64,000 nucleotides of DNA from assembly GCA_017516825.1 (NCBI GenBank), contig JAFXBC010000011.1:1513-65512 (forward strand). Reading direction: 5' to 3'. Positions 8,046-18,155 of the stretch are shown here, in pieces. The translations under genes and the position numbers were made by a program. The notes under the pieces were generated by a model. It did no database searches, was not told where the DNA came from, and saw only the letters and a program-made list of their open reading frames with translations. The DNA is from Clostridia bacterium (GTDB lineage Bacteria > Bacillota > Clostridia > Oscillospirales > CAG-382). Every line of letters begins with the position of its first letter. Within the stretch, counting starts at the first letter, position 1.

Positions 8046-9377
8046 ATGGCAGGAAGCGGAAAGATTCAATATTTGCTTCACGATGAGCTTGCTCAGCTTT
8101 CGGAAGAGGGCAGAGAGATCGACCGTGCGTTTTGGAAAAAAGAGATCGAAACTTGCGGTAGTGACAGGGACAAGCTGATGGCAGTCTACGAAAAGCTGCA
8201 GGCTCTCCCCATGCGGGCGGACTACCCCTACGAGGAACCCAGCGCCCTTGCGGACATCAAAAAAGCAAGCAAGGTGGATACCCTCCCCGCGGATCAATTT
8301 GCTCCCGTGGACCTCACCTACTTCCACGGCGCATGGCTGGGGAGATGCATCGGCTGTGCCTGGGGTCAGCCCTGCGAGGGCTGGGCAATGCCCGACATCC
8401 GCAAGTGGTACAAGGAAGCAGGGAAGTACCCCGTTTCCTATTTCTTCCCCGCACAGTCCGGGGAGAACCGCAAGGAGCATTTCAGCACCGACGAGAATAT
8501 CAACGGCATGGGCTTGGACGACGACACCCGCTTCACCGTGCTGAACTATCTGCTTTTGAAGGACAAGGGCTTTGCCATGGATGCCTACGACGTGGGCAAC
8601 ATGTGGTCCCACAAGCTGCCCTTCCGCTTTGTGTTTACCGCAGAAAGCCAGGCGTATCTGAACTTTATCAACTGCGAGGAGATCACCCCCTGGGGCAAGC
8701 CGGAGAATCCCGAGGAAGTCATGAAGGTTGCAAAGACCGCCACCTACTTGAACCCCTACCGCGAGTGGATCGGGGCACAGATCCGTGCCGACGCTTTTGC
8801 CTACGTTTGTGCAGGCATGCCCGTAAAGGCTTCCGAGCTGGCTTTCGTGGATGCTTCCTTCTCCCACGTGAAGAACGGTATCTACGGCGAGATGTTCTTC
8901 GCCGCCATGATCGCCGCCGCCTTTACGGAAAAGGACGTGGAGAAGTGCTTTGACATCGCCATGGCAACCATCCCCACAAACTGCCGTTTCGCCGAGGAAA
9001 TGAAGTGGGCAAAGAAGCTGGCGGAATCCGATCTGGGCAGGGAGGAGCTGATGGACACCCTGTTTGAAACGGGCAGAAAGTACAATTGGGTACACACCAT
9101 CAACAACGCCACCTTCTGCATCGCCGCCATTATGCGTTACCGAAACGACTTCCGCGGTGCGGTAGCCTTCGCCGTGGAATGCGGCATGGATACCGACTGC
9201 AACGGTGCCACCGTGGGCTCCTTTATGGGGGCTTTGTTGGGCAGAGAGGGCATCCCCGCCGACCTTGCGGACGCCATGAAGGACAAGTTCACCGTGGGCG
9301 TTACTCCCTACGACAACTACTCCATCAAGGCCTTCGCGGCAGAGGTCAAGGCCTTGCATGAAAAGCTGAACGGATAA
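8046..9377 (+). CDS. ADP-ribosylglycohydrolase family protein (long form)
   Basis: GAWLGRCIGCAWGQPCEGW near residue 95 and CGMDTDCNGATVGSFMGALLG near the C-terminus are the two metal-site motifs of the DraG/ARH fold. It carries a ~90-aa N-terminal extension. Confidence 0.8.
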   Translation: MAGSGKIQYLLHDELAQLSEEGREIDRAFWKKEIETCGSDRDKLMAVYEKLQALPMRADYPYEEPSALADIKKASKVDTLPADQFAPVDLTYFHGAWLGRCIGCAWGQPCEGWAMPDIRKWYKEAGKYPVSYFFPAQSGENRKEHFSTDENINGMGLDDDTRFTVLNYLLLKDKGFAMDAYDVGNMWSHKLPFRFVFTAESQAYLNFINCEEITPWGKPENPEEVMKVAKTATYLNPYREWIGAQIRADAFAYVCAGMPVKASELAFVDASFSHVKNGIYGEMFFAAMIAAAFTEKDVEKCFDIAMATIPTNCRFAEEMKWAKKLAESDLGREELMDTLFETGRKYNWVHTINNATFCIAAIMRYRNDFRGAVAFAVECGMDTDCNGATVGSFMGALLGREGIPADLADAMKDKFTVGVTPYDNYSIKAFAAEVKALHEKLNG

Positions 9378-9608
9378 GATTAAAAGGGGACGCTGTCCCC
9401 TTGACCCCTGCCAAAGGGATCACATCCCTTTGGAAACCGGATAGAATAAAAACGATAAGACTACCCGCAAACAGTTTTGTTGCAACGGCTTCGTAGATTC
9501 CCATCATTGAGCAGCAAAAAGCCTCCCCTTAGTAAGGGGAGGGGGACCACCGCAGGTGGTGGAAGGGATTGACCACCCGCCGATCCCGTGACTATCGTTA
9601 TACAACAA

Positions 9609-9641
9609 GAGCGACGCTTTTCACAGCGCCGCTCGTTTTTT
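9609..9641. terminator. intrinsic terminator (strong T-run in + orientation, abuts lgt stop)
   Basis: GAGCGaCGC-8 nt loop-GCGcCGCTC followed by GTTTTTT on the + strand. On the - strand it is followed by TTGTTGT. Confidence 0.6.
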
Positions 9642-10594
9642 CATTCTTCGGGAGTTTCTTCGGAAGCTTCTGCGGGAGCTTCTTCCTCTTGGGGAATCTC
9701 CGATTCCTCCACCGTCTCCACCTTTACAGAGGCGAACTTGGGGGTGTAGGCTTCCTGTGCCGCCTTCTTCTTCGCCTTGCGGTAAAGGATGGTCATCCCC
9801 ACGATGGAAGCCACCACGGAGACCGCACCGATGAACACAGAGATCTTGATGGTCTCGCCCAGCCAGCCTTTGAACAGGTACAGGCTGTCGGTACGGAGCA
9901 TCTCGATCCACATTCTGCCAAAGCCGTACCAGCCAAGGTAAGTAAAGAGGATCTGTCCGTCGAACTTCTTCTTTTTGTAGAAGATCAGATAGATCAGCAA
10001 AATGCCCACGAAATTCCACAGAGATTCATACAGGAAGGTGGGGTGGGCCACGGTCACCCTGCCTAAAGAATCGGTGATCTCCATACGCCAGGGCAGGGTT
10101 TCCACTCCGGGGGAGTAGCCGTAGGCCTCGGCGTTCATAAAGTTGCCCCATCTGCCGATGGCTTGTCCGATCATCACCGCGGGTGCCGCCGCATCCATCA
10201 GCTTCAAGGTGCTCAACTTGGTGATCCGGGAATAGGTATACACGGTGATAATGCCGAAGATAATGGCTCCGTAAATGGCAAGACCGCCCTCGCGGATGTT
10301 GATCATCTTCAGGAAATCTCCCCGATAGCGATCCCATTCCGTCACCACGTACATCACACGGGCACCGACAATGGAAACCGGCACGGTGATCAACGCCAGA
10401 TTGTACAGATGATCCTCGGGGAGGCCCTCTTTTTTGCTGGCGTAGCGGTAGAACATAAACAGGGCAAGGCAGATGCCGATGGTAATGAGTATGCCGTACC
10501 ACTTGACTTCAATGCCCGCAATGGAAAAAGCCACGGAGTTGATCTCAAATTCCAGCCCCAAGCCGGGGAATGCTACGGTATGCATATCATTCAT
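9641..10594 (-). CDS. lgt: prolipoprotein diacylglyceryl transferase
   Basis: HPTFLYESLWNFVGILLI and multi-TM topology. It has an acidic E-rich C-terminal tail. Confidence 0.9.
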   Translation of the reverse strand: MNDMHTVAFPGLGLEFEINSVAFSIAGIEVKWYGILITIGICLALFMFYRYASKKEGLPEDHLYNLALITVPVSIVGARVMYVVTEWDRYRGDFLKMINIREGGLAIYGAIIFGIITVYTYSRITKLSTLKLMDAAAPAVMIGQAIGRWGNFMNAEAYGYSPGVETLPWRMEITDSLGRVTVAHPTFLYESLWNFVGILLIYLIFYKKKKFDGQILFTYLGWYGFGRMWIEMLRTDSLYLFKGWLGETIKISVFIGAVSVVASIVGMTILYRKAKKKAAQEAYTPKFASVKVETVEESEIPQEEEAPAEASEETPEE

Positions 10595-11885
10595 CCTTTC
10601 CTTCTTTGGGATATACCACGCTCATGGCACAACGGTCGGTGCGAACGGTGTTTTTCAGAACCTCCCAGGCTTCCTCGTAACCGATCTTTGAAAGGCAGGC
10701 GGAATAGGACAGGTAGTCCCCGCCGTTCTGCCAGAAGGTCATAAAGGTGTTGGCAATGTCGTCGGTGGAATCAAAATTGAACAGGTTGTTGGCGTACACC
10801 ACACGCTTGGCGGTCTCAAACTCCTCGCGGGTGAAGTAGTCTTCTCTCCGTTTGTCGATCTCGGCACAGACGGCGTCCTTTAAAGCGTAGGGCTCGTTAC
10901 AGTAGGCGGAAACCTCCGTAAAGGCCGCGGTACGCTCCTGGGCGTATGCCCCGCCGAACTTATCGCTGATGAGGCCGCTTTCGTACAGACGGTTGTAGAA
11001 CTCCCCGGATTTTCCAAAGAGTAGCTGCATATTGATGGCGTTTGCCGCGGAAATGCGGATCCGCTCGTCTGGATCCTCTGCGGGGATATCCTTGAAGCCG
11101 ATCTCCACGATGGGCTGAGAGATCTCAAAGAAGCCTTCCACATAGGGACAGTTGATCTCCTCCGGTTCTTTCGGGAACACACGCTCCACTTCCACCACCG
11201 GGGCAACCTCAGTGAGCATTTTGTCGCAAACGGCGTTCACCTGTTCGGGGGTCACGTCGCCGCAAACGATGAGCACCATGTTCCGCAGGTTATAGAAGGT
11301 GTCCGTACAGCGGTACAGCATTTCGGGGGTGATCTTGGCAATGGATTCCCGCGTGCCCACGATACTGCGGCGGACGGGATGCTCCTTGTAAAGGCATTTC
11401 AGCAGATTGACGAACACGCACCAGCCGGGATTGTCGTCGTACATGGCGATTTCCTCCCCGATGATGCCCTGTTCCTTCTGCACCGTCTCCTTGGTGAAAT
11501 AGGGATGGGAAACGAAGTCCAACAGGATCTCCAGATTCTCGTCAAAGCCTTCGGTACAGGAGAACAGATAGCAGGTGCGGTCAAAGGAGGTGAAGGCGTT
11601 GGCGGAGGCTCCCGTCAAAGCGTAACGGGTGAAGGCATCCACGCCGTTTTCATCTTCAAACATCTTATGCTCTAAGAAATGTGCCACGCCGTCGGGAAGC
11701 TCCAGATACTCCTCGTCATTTGCCGTCTTGAATTTGCAATCAATAGAGCCGTAGCGGGTGCCGAACATGGCGTAGGTGGCGGAATGCTTCTTGGGGATCA
11801 CGTAGATGGGCAGACCGCTTTCATGCACACGGTAGAAATACTGCTCTCCTACGGTGCTGTCGCAAACCTTTTGGAAGTTACTCAT
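10587..11885 (-). CDS. M16 (pitrilysin) family zinc peptidase, catalytic-type subunit
   Basis: Inverted zinc motif HFLEHKMFE (HxxEH). Confidence 0.85.
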   Translation of the reverse strand: MSNFQKVCDSTVGEQYFYRVHESGLPIYVIPKKHSATYAMFGTRYGSIDCKFKTANDEEYLELPDGVAHFLEHKMFEDENGVDAFTRYALTGASANAFTSFDRTCYLFSCTEGFDENLEILLDFVSHPYFTKETVQKEQGIIGEEIAMYDDNPGWCVFVNLLKCLYKEHPVRRSIVGTRESIAKITPEMLYRCTDTFYNLRNMVLIVCGDVTPEQVNAVCDKMLTEVAPVVEVERVFPKEPEEINCPYVEGFFEISQPIVEIGFKDIPAEDPDERIRISAANAINMQLLFGKSGEFYNRLYESGLISDKFGGAYAQERTAAFTEVSAYCNEPYALKDAVCAEIDKRREDYFTREEFETAKRVVYANNLFNFDSTDDIANTFMTFWQNGGDYLSYSACLSKIGYEEAWEVLKNTVRTDRCAMSVVYPKEGKDE

Positions 11886-13153
11886 TCCTTTGCCCCTCCT
11901 TCCAGGAAATATACGGTGTCCAGGCGGATGCTGTTTGCCACGGTCACCACGTCCTCGGCGGAAACCTGCTCCATGGCGGCGATGGCCTCCTCGGGGGAAT
12001 CGTACCGTCCCGTTGAGATCCTGCCAAGATACCAGGAGGCAATGGCGGCGGGACTGTCCGTGATCTCACGGTACCCGTTCCGCAGGGAACGGCGGGCGTT
12101 TTCCAGCTCCAGAGGGTCGATGTGACCCTGCTTCAGATCCTCCAACTGCTCCAAAACGGCGTCCAGAGTTTTCTGTTTGTTCTTCTGCTCGATACCGCTG
12201 ACCACCATCAAAAGCCCCTTCAACCCGTCGGGGAAGCTGGAGCAATAGTAGCAAAGGCTTTGCTTTTCCCGTACGTTCATAAACAAACGGCTGTTGGGAG
12301 AACCGCCGAATACCTCGTTGAACAAGGCCATGGCGGGGAAGTTCCCCTCCTGCAAAGCGTATTCCGTGCGGAAGCCCAGGGTCATCTTGCATTGGGAGAT
12401 CCGCATCTGCTCGGTGACGGTGCGGGATTCCTGGGGAAGGGCTCCCAAGGTAGTCTTGGGGAACACCGCCTCGCGGGGGGCAAACTGCAAATAGGTCTTG
12501 CAAAGGGAGGCAACCTCCGCTTCGCCCTTTCTGCCCACGTAGAACATCTCTACCCGTGCCTTGGCCAGCAGGCCCTCGTAGGCCTCCCACAGGGAAGCGG
12601 GGGTGAGCGCGTTTACGTCCTCCAGGTCTCCTCCGTGATCCACGGCGTAGGCTTCACCCTCGCACATGATCTCCACACAGCGGTTTCTGGCGTATGCGGT
12701 TTTGTTGTTGATCCGCCCGCGGATATCGTCGCAGAGGTTTTTCTTTTCCTGCTCCACGTATTCCGCCTTGAACAACCCCTGCTCGGTGTAGGGGCGGAAG
12801 ATCAGCTCCTGCATCAGCTTCATGCCCTCTCCCAGGATCTCCATCCCGTCGAAAGCAAAGCTGTCGTCAATGGCGGTAAGCTCAAAGGTCACCACCTGGG
12901 CTTCTCCCTTCTTCTGTACGAAGGCGCCCAGCCCCAGGGAGTACAGGGTGTCCTGCTTCTGGTTCAGCGCCTGCATGGTGGGGTAGCTTTCCGTGCCTCT
13001 CATCAGCACGTCGGTCAAAAGGGAGTAGGCGGAAGCCGTTTCCTTTTCCAAGGGAACGAACAGATTCACGGTGAAGAAGGCCGTCTTAAAGCGGTCCGTG
13101 GTTACCGTATTCAGGGCAACACCCTGCTGTAATTCGGTTCTGCAAAGCTTCAT
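11882..13153 (-). CDS. M16 family peptidase-like protein lacking HxxEH (non-catalytic partner)
   Basis: Same length class, overlaps the downstream M16 gene by 4 nt. The motif position reads SLLTDVLMRGT, with no His or Glu. Confidence 0.7.
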   Translation of the reverse strand: MKLCRTELQQGVALNTVTTDRFKTAFFTVNLFVPLEKETASAYSLLTDVLMRGTESYPTMQALNQKQDTLYSLGLGAFVQKKGEAQVVTFELTAIDDSFAFDGMEILGEGMKLMQELIFRPYTEQGLFKAEYVEQEKKNLCDDIRGRINNKTAYARNRCVEIMCEGEAYAVDHGGDLEDVNALTPASLWEAYEGLLAKARVEMFYVGRKGEAEVASLCKTYLQFAPREAVFPKTTLGALPQESRTVTEQMRISQCKMTLGFRTEYALQEGNFPAMALFNEVFGGSPNSRLFMNVREKQSLCYYCSSFPDGLKGLLMVVSGIEQKNKQKTLDAVLEQLEDLKQGHIDPLELENARRSLRNGYREITDSPAAIASWYLGRISTGRYDSPEEAIAAMEQVSAEDVVTVANSIRLDTVYFLEGGAKE

Positions 13154-14343
13154 GAAACCTCGGTTCCTTCCTTTTGATAAATAAACTCGCCGCCCAAAAC
13201 GGTGGCTTCCACGTTGATATTTTCGTCAAAGATCGCCAGATCGCCTCGGTAGCCCGCCTTCAGAACGCCCCGCTCCTTGATGCCAAAGAGTCTTGCGGGG
13301 GTGGCGGTCATCATGCACACGGCGGAGCAAAGATCCGCCCCTGCCAGGTTTTTCATGTTCCGTACCAGACGGTCTGCGGTGGCAACGCTTCCCGCAAAGG
13401 CCTTGCGGTCGGGGAGCTTGGCCACTCCGTCCTCAATAAAGCATTCCTGGCCGTTTTCCAAGGAGCCCAGAATGGTTCTGCCCTCCGTCTGCCCTGCACC
13501 GCGCATAGCATCGGTGACCAAAACGGTTCTGTGGACTCCCTTGGAGCGGTAGACCAACTGCAACAGAGTATCGGGAAGATGCTTGCCGTCGGCAATGATC
13601 TCCACGGTGAGGTCGTCGTAGAGATACCCCGCCTCGATGAGGCCGGGATGGCGGTAGCCGTTGATGCGGACGATGGTGCTCATGCCGCTGTAAAAATGGG
13701 TGAGATGGGTATACCCGTGGGAGAGGGCCTCCTTTGCCACGTCGATGGTGGCGTTGGAGTGTCCCATAGAAGGATACACACCCCGTTTTCTCAAAGTGTC
13801 ACCCAGCTCCATGGCTCCGTCAAGCTCGGGAGCCACCGTCCAACGGACGATACAGCCCTCTGCCGCATCCAGCACTTTGTTGTAGTGGGCGGGATTGGGC
13901 ACCTGCAGATATTTCTCATCTTGGGCGCCCTTCTGGTCGGCGGAGAAATAGGGCCCCTCTAAGTGCATACCGTACAGGTAAGCGCCGTTGTAGGGGGTAT
14001 TCTGCGCCTTTTTCAGGGTGACGAAGGATTCAAACAGCTCCTCGTCGGGGCAGGTCAACGTAGTAGGCAGAATGGTGGTAGTGCCGTGCTTCCCGTGAAG
14101 CGTGGCCGCCCCGATAAAGGCCTCCAGGGTGCCGTCCATGTAGTCGTAACCGCCTCCGCCGTGCTGATGCACGTCGATAAAGCCGGGGGAGATGTACTTG
14201 CCCGTGTAATCGTGGATCACGTGGGAACCGTCGTCCTTGCGGCGTACCCCCGCGTAGGTGATCACGCCGTTTTCACAGCAGACCTCGCCGTCCTTGATCA
14301 CCGCGTTGGGGAAGATCAGATGACCGATAAATTTCCGTTTCAT
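13150..14343 (-). CDS. nagA: N-acetylglucosamine-6-phosphate deacetylase
   Basis: GFIDVHQHGGGGYDYMDG metal-binding motif, ~397 aa amidohydrolase. Confidence 0.85.
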   Translation of the reverse strand: MKRKFIGHLIFPNAVIKDGEVCCENGVITYAGVRRKDDGSHVIHDYTGKYISPGFIDVHQHGGGGYDYMDGTLEAFIGAATLHGKHGTTTILPTTLTCPDEELFESFVTLKKAQNTPYNGAYLYGMHLEGPYFSADQKGAQDEKYLQVPNPAHYNKVLDAAEGCIVRWTVAPELDGAMELGDTLRKRGVYPSMGHSNATIDVAKEALSHGYTHLTHFYSGMSTIVRINGYRHPGLIEAGYLYDDLTVEIIADGKHLPDTLLQLVYRSKGVHRTVLVTDAMRGAGQTEGRTILGSLENGQECFIEDGVAKLPDRKAFAGSVATADRLVRNMKNLAGADLCSAVCMMTATPARLFGIKERGVLKAGYRGDLAIFDENINVEATVLGGEFIYQKEGTEVS

Positions 14344-14356
14344 AAGCTGTTTTTCC

Positions 14357-14836
14357 TTATACCTGTTTGATGATCAACGCCACGGCGTGGGAGGCAATGC
14401 CCTCCTCCCGCCCGGAAAAGCCAAGATGCTCCTCCGTGGTGGCTTTCACGTTCACTTGCTCCGCCTTGATCCCCAGGCAAGCGGCAATGTTTTCCGCCAT
14501 GGCGGGGATATAGTTTGCCAGCTTGGGCTTCTGGGCGATGACGGTGGCGTCAATATTCCCCACGGCGTAGCCTTTTTCTGCCAAAAGCTTGCCGCAGTGC
14601 TTCAAAAGCAGAGTGGAATCAATGCCCTTGTAGGCAGGATCGCTGTCGGGGAAATGCTTGCCGATGTCTCCCAGCCCCGCGGCACCCAGCAGGGCGTCGC
14701 AAACGGCGTGGAGAAGCACGTCCGCGTCGGAATGTCCCAACAGGCCCAGGGTGTGAGGGAGCTCCACCCCGCCCAGGATCAGTTTTCTGCCTTCCACCAG
14801 GCGGTGTACGTCGTAGCCGTGGCCGATTCGCATCAT
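14357..14836 (-). CDS. ispF: 2-C-methyl-D-erythritol 2,4-cyclodiphosphate synthase
   Basis: [11 protein letters not shown]...[19 protein letters not shown]...[11 protein letters not shown]. Confidence 0.95.
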   Translation of the reverse strand: MMRIGHGYDVHRLVEGRKLILGGVELPHTLGLLGHSDADVLLHAVCDALLGAAGLGDIGKHFPDSDPAYKGIDSTLLLKHCGKLLAEKGYAVGNIDATVIAQKPKLANYIPAMAENIAACLGIKAEQVNVKATTEEHLGFSGREEGIASHAVALIIKQV

Positions 14837-15543
14837 ACGCTTTGTTCTTTCGCTTTCTCCACCAGAAGCATCGCCCTTGCCAGGATGATGTCCTCCTTGG
14901 TGGTCAATTTGATATTGCGGGGATCCGTTTGCACGTATTCCACCGTAGCCCCCGCCGCCTCCAGCATGGAGGTCTCGTCGGTGAACACGCCCCCTTGCTT
15001 GACGGCCAGGGCGTAGGCAACGGTGTAGCTTTCCTTTTTGAAGACCTGGGGCGTTTGTATCGCCAGCAGGTGATCCCTCTTGGGCGTATACACCGTCTTA
15101 TGCTCCGTGTCCACGAATTTGATGGTGTCCGTCACGGGAGAGCAGGCGGTAGCCGCCCCCGTCTTTTTTGCCCCTTCGATCACGGCGGAAATGATCTCCG
15201 ACGTGACGAAAGGACGTGCACAATCGTGTACGCAGGCGTAGGAAACACCCGGGGACGCTTGGCACACCCCGGCAAAAACGGACTCACTGCGGGTCTTTCC
15301 GCCTTCACAGAAGCGAAGGGGAACGGCAGGGCTGTAACGTCCCGCCAAAAGCCGTAAACGGGGAAGATTTTCCCCGCCTACCACTACGATCTCGTCCACG
15401 GGGGAGGCGAGAAATGCCTCCAGCACCCGTTCGAACAAGGTTTTTCCGTTCAGCTTGATCTCCGGCTTGGAGACCCCGCCCATGCGGGTGCCGCTTCCCG
15501 CGGCAACGATGATCCCGCAAACGGAATCAGTCTTCATACTCAT
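14833..15543 (-). CDS. ispD: 2-C-methyl-D-erythritol 4-phosphate cytidylyltransferase
   Basis: [13 protein letters not shown] nucleotide-binding motif. It overlaps ispF by 4 nt. Confidence 0.9.
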   Translation of the reverse strand: MSMKTDSVCGIIVAAGSGTRMGGVSKPEIKLNGKTLFERVLEAFLASPVDEIVVVGGENLPRLRLLAGRYSPAVPLRFCEGGKTRSESVFAGVCQASPGVSYACVHDCARPFVTSEIISAVIEGAKKTGAATACSPVTDTIKFVDTEHKTVYTPKRDHLLAIQTPQVFKKESYTVAYALAVKQGGVFTDETSMLEAAGATVEYVQTDPRNIKLTTKEDIILARAMLLVEKAKEQSV

Positions 15544-16060
15544 AGCCGATGGCGAAGGCCTTGGCGTTCATTTCACCCAGCTCGGGCTTCGCCTTGGGAG
15601 AGGCGGCGCGAAGGCTTTCGCGGAAGTAATCGCCGTCAAACAGCCCGGTTTCCTTCATCAGCTTGCCCAGCATAATGCAGTTTGCCAGCTTGGGGAAGCC
15701 GTTTTCGTTTGCCAGCTTGGTAGCAGGCACGCCGCAGGACTTGATGTCTGCGCGGATCTCATCGGGCGTGACCAGAGAGGAATCGTACACCACGGTGCCG
15801 CCCGCGGCAACCTTGGACACGAACTTATCGTAAGAGGGCTTGTTCATGGCCAACAGAATGTCGGGGGTGGTGACCAGGGGAGAGCCGATGGGCTCGTCGT
15901 CAATGTTTACGGAGCAGTTACAGGTACCGCCGCGCATTTCGGGGCCGTAGGAGGGAAGCCAGCTGACTTCCTTGCCGTTCTTCATGCCTGCCACGATCAA
16001 CTGCTTGCCGGCAAACAGAATACCCTGTCCGCCGAAGCCTGCCAAAAGAATGCCTGCCAT
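15527..16060 (-). CDS. 2-oxoacid:ferredoxin oxidoreductase, gamma subunit
   Basis: [13 protein letters not shown] motif; last gene of the delta-alpha-beta-gamma set. Confidence 0.85.
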   Translation of the reverse strand: MAGILLAGFGGQGILFAGKQLIVAGMKNGKEVSWLPSYGPEMRGGTCNCSVNIDDEPIGSPLVTTPDILLAMNKPSYDKFVSKVAAGGTVVYDSSLVTPDEIRADIKSCGVPATKLANENGFPKLANCIMLGKLMKETGLFDGDYFRESLRAASPKAKPELGEMNAKAFAIGYEYED

Positions 16061-16809
16061 CAGTTCTGTTCCTCCTTCGTGATATCCTTATAAACACCCA
16101 AGGGATAGTGGGGCATCATGTTCTCCCGGAGCCACTCCAGAGCCTTCTCGGGAGAGAGACCCCAGTTGGTGGGACAGGTGGAAAGCACTTCCACGATGGA
16201 AAGGCCCTTCTTCTCCTGCTGGAGGGTGAACGCCTTCTTGATAGCCGCCTTGGCCTTGCGTACGTTCTGTACGGTGTCCACCGCAACGCGCTCTGCGTAA
16301 GCGGTGCCGTCCAGAGTGGCCATCATCTCGCAAACGCGGATGGGGTTGCCCTGGAGCTTTTGGTCTCTGCCGTAGGGAGAGGTGGTGGTCACCTGGCCCA
16401 GCAGAGTGGTGGGAGCCATCTGACCGCCGGTCATACCGTAGATGGCGTTGTTGATAAAGATGATGGTGATGTTTTCCCCTCTTGCGCCCACGTGGACGGT
16501 CTCTGCCGTACCGATGGCCGCCAGGTCGCCGTCACCCTGGTAGGTGAACACGGTGAGGTCGGGGTTGGAGCGCTTCACACCGGTAGCCACTGCGGGGGCT
16601 CTGCCGTGTGCCGCTTCGATCATATCACAGTTAAAATAATTGTAAGCAAAAACGGAGCATCCTACGGGAGCAACGCCAACAGTGGTGCCCTCCACGCCCA
16701 GCTCGTCGATGACCTCCGCCACCAGGCGATGCACGATACCGTGGGTACAGCCGGGGCAGTAATGGAAGGGAACGTCCGTCAATGCATGGGGTTTTTCAAA
16801 AACGATCAT
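16060..16809 (-). CDS. 2-oxoacid:ferredoxin oxidoreductase, beta (TPP-binding) subunit
   Basis: CPGCTHG and YQGDGDLAAIG TPP motif. Confidence 0.9.
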   Translation of the reverse strand: MIVFEKPHALTDVPFHYCPGCTHGIVHRLVAEVIDELGVEGTTVGVAPVGCSVFAYNYFNCDMIEAAHGRAPAVATGVKRSNPDLTVFTYQGDGDLAAIGTAETVHVGARGENITIIFINNAIYGMTGGQMAPTTLLGQVTTTSPYGRDQKLQGNPIRVCEMMATLDGTAYAERVAVDTVQNVRKAKAAIKKAFTLQQEKKGLSIVEVLSTCPTNWGLSPEKALEWLRENMMPHYPLGVYKDITKEEQN

Positions 16810-17873
16810 CAGTTGTCACCTCCAACTGCTTTCTTGATATGGACGAGGATCTCGTCCGGGGTGGGGATCATGCCGCCGGTTCTGCCGAAGTGGGAAACGG
16901 GCTTTGCACAATCGATGGCAAGCTTCACGTCGCCCAGCATCTGGCCCATGTTCATTTCCACGGACAGGAACGCGGAAGCGGTTGCGGAAAGGGCCTTCAG
17001 CTCCCCCGAGGGGAAGGGCCACAGGGTGATGGGACGGAACAAGCCCGCCTTGATGCCCTGCTCTCTTGCCATACGTACGGCAGTCTTTGCGATTCTTGCG
17101 GTGATGCCGTAGGCCACCACCACGATGTCTGCATCCTCGGTGAGATAGGTGTCGTACTTGACCTCCTTCTCCTCGATCTCCGCATAACGCTCAAAGCGAT
17201 CCAGAACTGTCTGCTCCAATTCCTCGGGAGCGATGTAAAGGGAGTTCACCACGTTGTGCTTTCTTGCATTCTTGTGGCCGTTGGTTGCCCAGGTCTTTGC
17301 GGGGATCTCTCTGGGAGTATGGGCGCCGAAGTCCACCGGCTCCATCATCTGTCCCAAAGCGCCGTCTGCCAGGATCATACAGGGCATACGGTAGATGTCC
17401 GCCAGGTCAAAGGCCTCCCCGGTGAGGGATGCCATCTCCTGCACGGAGTTGGGTGCCAGAACGATGACGTGCTGGTCGCCGTGACCCAAGCCGCGGATGG
17501 CCTGGTTATAGTCGGACTGAGCAGGCTGAATACCGCCCAGACCGGGGCCGCCTCGCTGGACGTTTACCAGCACGCAGGGCAGGTCACTGCCGATGATGTA
17601 GGAGATACCTTCGCTCATCAGGGACACGCCGGGAGAGGAGGTGGAGGTGATGCAACGGCTGCCGGTTGCGGCGGCACCGTAGATCATGTTGATGGCGGAG
17701 ACTTCACTCTCTGCCTGCAAGCACATGCCGTCTCTCTTAGGCAACTGCTTTGCCATATATTCCGCAAGCTCGGTTTGCGGGGTGATGGGGTAGCCGAAGA
17801 ACAGCTTACAGCCGGCGCGGATGGCGGCTTCTGCCAGGGCTTCGTTACCCTTCATTAACAATTTCTCGCTCAT
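16809..17873 (-). CDS. 2-oxoacid:ferredoxin oxidoreductase, alpha subunit
   Basis: MKGNEALAEAAIRAGC...GYPITPQTE N-terminus, typical of the KorA/VorA family. Confidence 0.9.
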   Translation of the reverse strand: MSEKLLMKGNEALAEAAIRAGCKLFFGYPITPQTELAEYMAKQLPKRDGMCLQAESEVSAINMIYGAAATGSRCITSTSSPGVSLMSEGISYIIGSDLPCVLVNVQRGGPGLGGIQPAQSDYNQAIRGLGHGDQHVIVLAPNSVQEMASLTGEAFDLADIYRMPCMILADGALGQMMEPVDFGAHTPREIPAKTWATNGHKNARKHNVVNSLYIAPEELEQTVLDRFERYAEIEEKEVKYDTYLTEDADIVVVAYGITARIAKTAVRMAREQGIKAGLFRPITLWPFPSGELKALSATASAFLSVEMNMGQMLGDVKLAIDCAKPVSHFGRTGGMIPTPDEILVHIKKAVGGDN

Positions 17874-17897
17874 GATGGTTCCTCTTTTCTGTGGGTT

Positions 17898-18110
17898 TTA
17901 CACGTTTTTCTCTACGGTGATTACCAGGTCGGGGCACATGGTTGCGCACATGGCACAGCCCAAGCACTTATCCATTTCTTTCACACCTGCGGGGTGATAC
18001 CCCTTGGCATTGAGAAGCTTTTCTTCCAATGCAATGATCTTCTTGGGGCAGGCAAGGACGCAGAGTCCACAGCCCTTACAAAGATCGGTTTTGAACGTTA
18101 CTCTGTTCAT
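17898..18110 (-). CDS. 2-oxoacid:ferredoxin oxidoreductase delta subunit (2x[4Fe-4S] ferredoxin)
   Basis: CKGCGLCVLACP and CLGCAMCATMCP cluster motifs in 70 aa. Confidence 0.9.
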   Translation of the reverse strand: MNRVTFKTDLCKGCGLCVLACPKKIIALEEKLLNAKGYHPAGVKEMDKCLGCAMCATMCPDLVITVEKNV

Positions 18111-18155
18111 AACAAAGGCCTTTCTTGGGTTTTCTCTATGTTTTTGTTTTTTTTA

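Noticed and set aside
9346-9507. 53-codon minus-strand ORF (MMGIYEAVATKLFAGSLIVFILSGF...) in the 9378-9641 spacer; hydrophobic and preceded by GGGGAGG.
   Set aside because: The RBS is ~14 nt from the ATG and codon usage is atypical. It overlaps the 3' end of the convergent gene, and its sequence is dictated by the palindromic hairpins. Not supportable without conservation data.
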